From NCBI RefSeq assembly GCF_000007185.1, contig NC_003551.1:1560001-1592000 (forward strand): a stretch of 32,000 nucleotides of DNA. Direction: 5' to 3'. Positions within the stretch are counted from its first letter, which is position 1. Each line of letters opens with the position of its first letter. The position numbers were made by a program, and so were the translations under genes. Source of the DNA: Methanopyrus kandleri AV19 (lineage in GTDB: Archaea; JAADCQ01; Methanopyri; Methanopyrales; Methanopyraceae). The notes below the pieces were generated by a model that was given only the letters and a program-made list of their open reading frames with translations, was not told the DNA's origin and searched no databases. This document shows, piece by piece, positions 30,859 to 32,000 of this stretch.

Positions 30859-31445
30859 CACCTTCGACCTTTGAGCGCGCCACGGGACTTTAAAAGTCGG
30901 AACGCCTTTCTCACGGCGCGCCTGATTACGTCCCGCTTTCCGAGACCGCCCAGCGCCTTGGCGGCCTTACGAATGCTTCCGCATTCCACTAGGAGCTCCA
31001 ATAGTTCACGATCCCGTGGGCTCAGGGGGATATCCTCCTCGAGGGCCCGCTTGGCGATCTCGATGGGATCGTGACCCTCGTACGGAAGGTGCTCCGAAAG
31101 GATGGGTTCGTCGAAGCGCTCTACCCATTCGAACTCGATGATGGTGACGATATCGTCATCTCGGAGGTTCGGGTAGTGATCTCGAAGTGCCTTCAGCAAC
31201 TCCTCACGGTTTTCGAATCCGTCGAGATTGGCATCCTCGTCCGTCAGATCCCTGACTCTCTTTGTTCGAACGTTCGTGATCCTGACTTTTCCGTACACGT
31301 AGCCACCGCAGTGAATGTACACCACCTTACCGGGTCGCGCTCCAGGAACACGTCCCACTCGGATCGTCGCCCGTTTCTCACCCCGGAGGAGCTTATCCCT
31401 GTACTCACCGCTTATCTCTAGGTGCTTCGAGATTCCGTAGGTCAT
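30858..31445 (-). CDS. ASCH domain protein with C-terminal helix-turn-helix (LuxR/GerE-like)
   Basis: N-terminus LLRGEKRATIRVG...VRITNVRTKRVRDLTDEDANLDGF..REELLKALRDHY follows the ASCH pattern. C-terminus LSPRDRELLELLVECGSIRKAAKALG...VIRRAVRKAF is HTH-like. ATG 31445 lies 18 nt after the rps2 stop. Confidence 0.7.
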   Translation of the reverse strand: MTYGISKHLEISGEYRDKLLRGEKRATIRVGRVPGARPGKVVYIHCGGYVYGKVRITNVRTKRVRDLTDEDANLDGFENREELLKALRDHYPNLRDDDIVTIIEFEWVERFDEPILSEHLPYEGHDPIEIAKRALEEDIPLSPRDRELLELLVECGSIRKAAKALGGLGKRDVIRRAVRKAFRLLKSRGALKGRR

Positions 31446-31463
31446 GGGGGCGTGGACCCCGGT

Positions 31464-32000
31464 TCACCGCGGAGGTGGCCCCTCGAAGTCCTCCGGGTCG
31501 TACTCGAACTCCTCGTCTTCCTCCAGACGACCCAGCTTTTTCAGGAGCTCGCGGGCCAGCAGCCAGTACACCAGGGCCAGCGCCTTCCTACCCTTGTTGT
31601 TCGTTGGAATCGCCAGGTCCACGTTACCCGTGAAGTTGTCCGTGTCGCACAGTGCCACGATCGGGATCCCGACGCTCTGTGCCTCGACGAGTGCCTGGAA
31701 GTCCGCACGCGGATCCGTGAGGACGATCACCTCGGGCTCCAGGTATCCATCGTACTCGGGGTTCGTCAATGTGCCGGGCACGAACCTGCCCGGAATCGCG
31801 GTGGTCCCGGTGGCCTCGGCGAACTTGCTGACGGGCTTCTGACCGTAGTAGCGCCTGGACACTACCAGTATCTCGTCGGTGTTGTACATGGACAGGAAGT
31901 TGGCCGCGATCCGGATGCGCTCATCGGTCTTGCGTACGTCGATGACGTGGAGTCCGTCGGCCCGCGTCCTGTAAATGAACGGCTCCATGTCCTTCGTCTT
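31464..32000 (-). CDS. rps2: 30S ribosomal protein S2 (uS2), N-terminus beyond right edge
   Basis: ...[25 protein letters not shown]...VVSRR...[14 protein letters not shown]...VTDPRAD..A..EA...GIP.VALCDTD is the uS2 signature. The reading frame stays open to position 32000. Confidence 0.92.
   Translation of the reverse strand, partial: KTKDMEPFIYRTRADGLHVIDVRKTDERIRIAANFLSMYNTDEILVVSRRYYGQKPVSKFAEATGTTAIPGRFVPGTLTNPEYDGYLEPEVIVLTDPRADFQALVEAQSVGIPIVALCDTDNFTGNVDLAIPTNNKGRKALALVYWLLARELLKKLGRLEEDEEFEYDPEDFEGPPPR

Noticed and set aside
1-32000. CRISPR arrays, IS elements, integrases, toxin-antitoxin pairs, rRNA genes.
   Set aside because: No regularly spaced repeats, terminal inverted repeats, transposase/integrase-like ORFs or rRNA-like conserved stretches were seen anywhere in the window.

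Overview
Gene-dense, high-GC (about 60% by hand counts) archaeal chromosome segment. I call about 40 protein genes, one tRNA, and no rRNA, CRISPR array, transposase or integrase. The likely source is a hyperthermophilic methanogen of the Methanopyrus kandleri type. This is inference only; no search was possible. Supporting it:
- archaeal-specific genes (ribosomal proteins S8e and S2, SRP19);
- hydrogenase maturation genes hypA/hypB/hypE;
- tetrapyrrole genes (cobA, hemD, a CbiA/CfbB-type a,c-diamide synthase);
- Glu/Arg/Val-rich proteins and all-GC tRNA stems;
- a tRNA-Tyr gene with C at position 8.

Genes are packed into operons. Many start/stop codons overlap by 1-4 nt, GTG/TTG starts are frequent, and G-rich Shine-Dalgarno motifs precede most genes.

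Most notable observations:
1. A ~1.6-kb low-GC island (24.16-25.74 kb) holds a single orphan 448-aa beta-rich ORF and no visible mobility genes.
2. A 744-aa protein fuses a complete EF-G/EF-2-like translational GTPase to a YqgF/RuvX-like RNase H-fold nuclease domain.
3. A thioredoxin reductase gene is split by a 1-nt shift in a C5/G5 homopolymer.
4. Five same-strand GAUGA (C-box/k-turn core) motifs cluster in a 181-nt convergent spacer. One gives a 61-nt C/D-box-like candidate that starts on the rsmB-like stop codons.
5. Nested palindromes and direct repeats lie upstream of an APC transporter gene.
6. An RCK-type channel has a degenerate selectivity filter.
7. Divergent spacers are ultra-compact, built from back-to-back SD elements or a single shared A/T box.

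All functional calls rest on motif recognition by eye. Start codons are best guesses.
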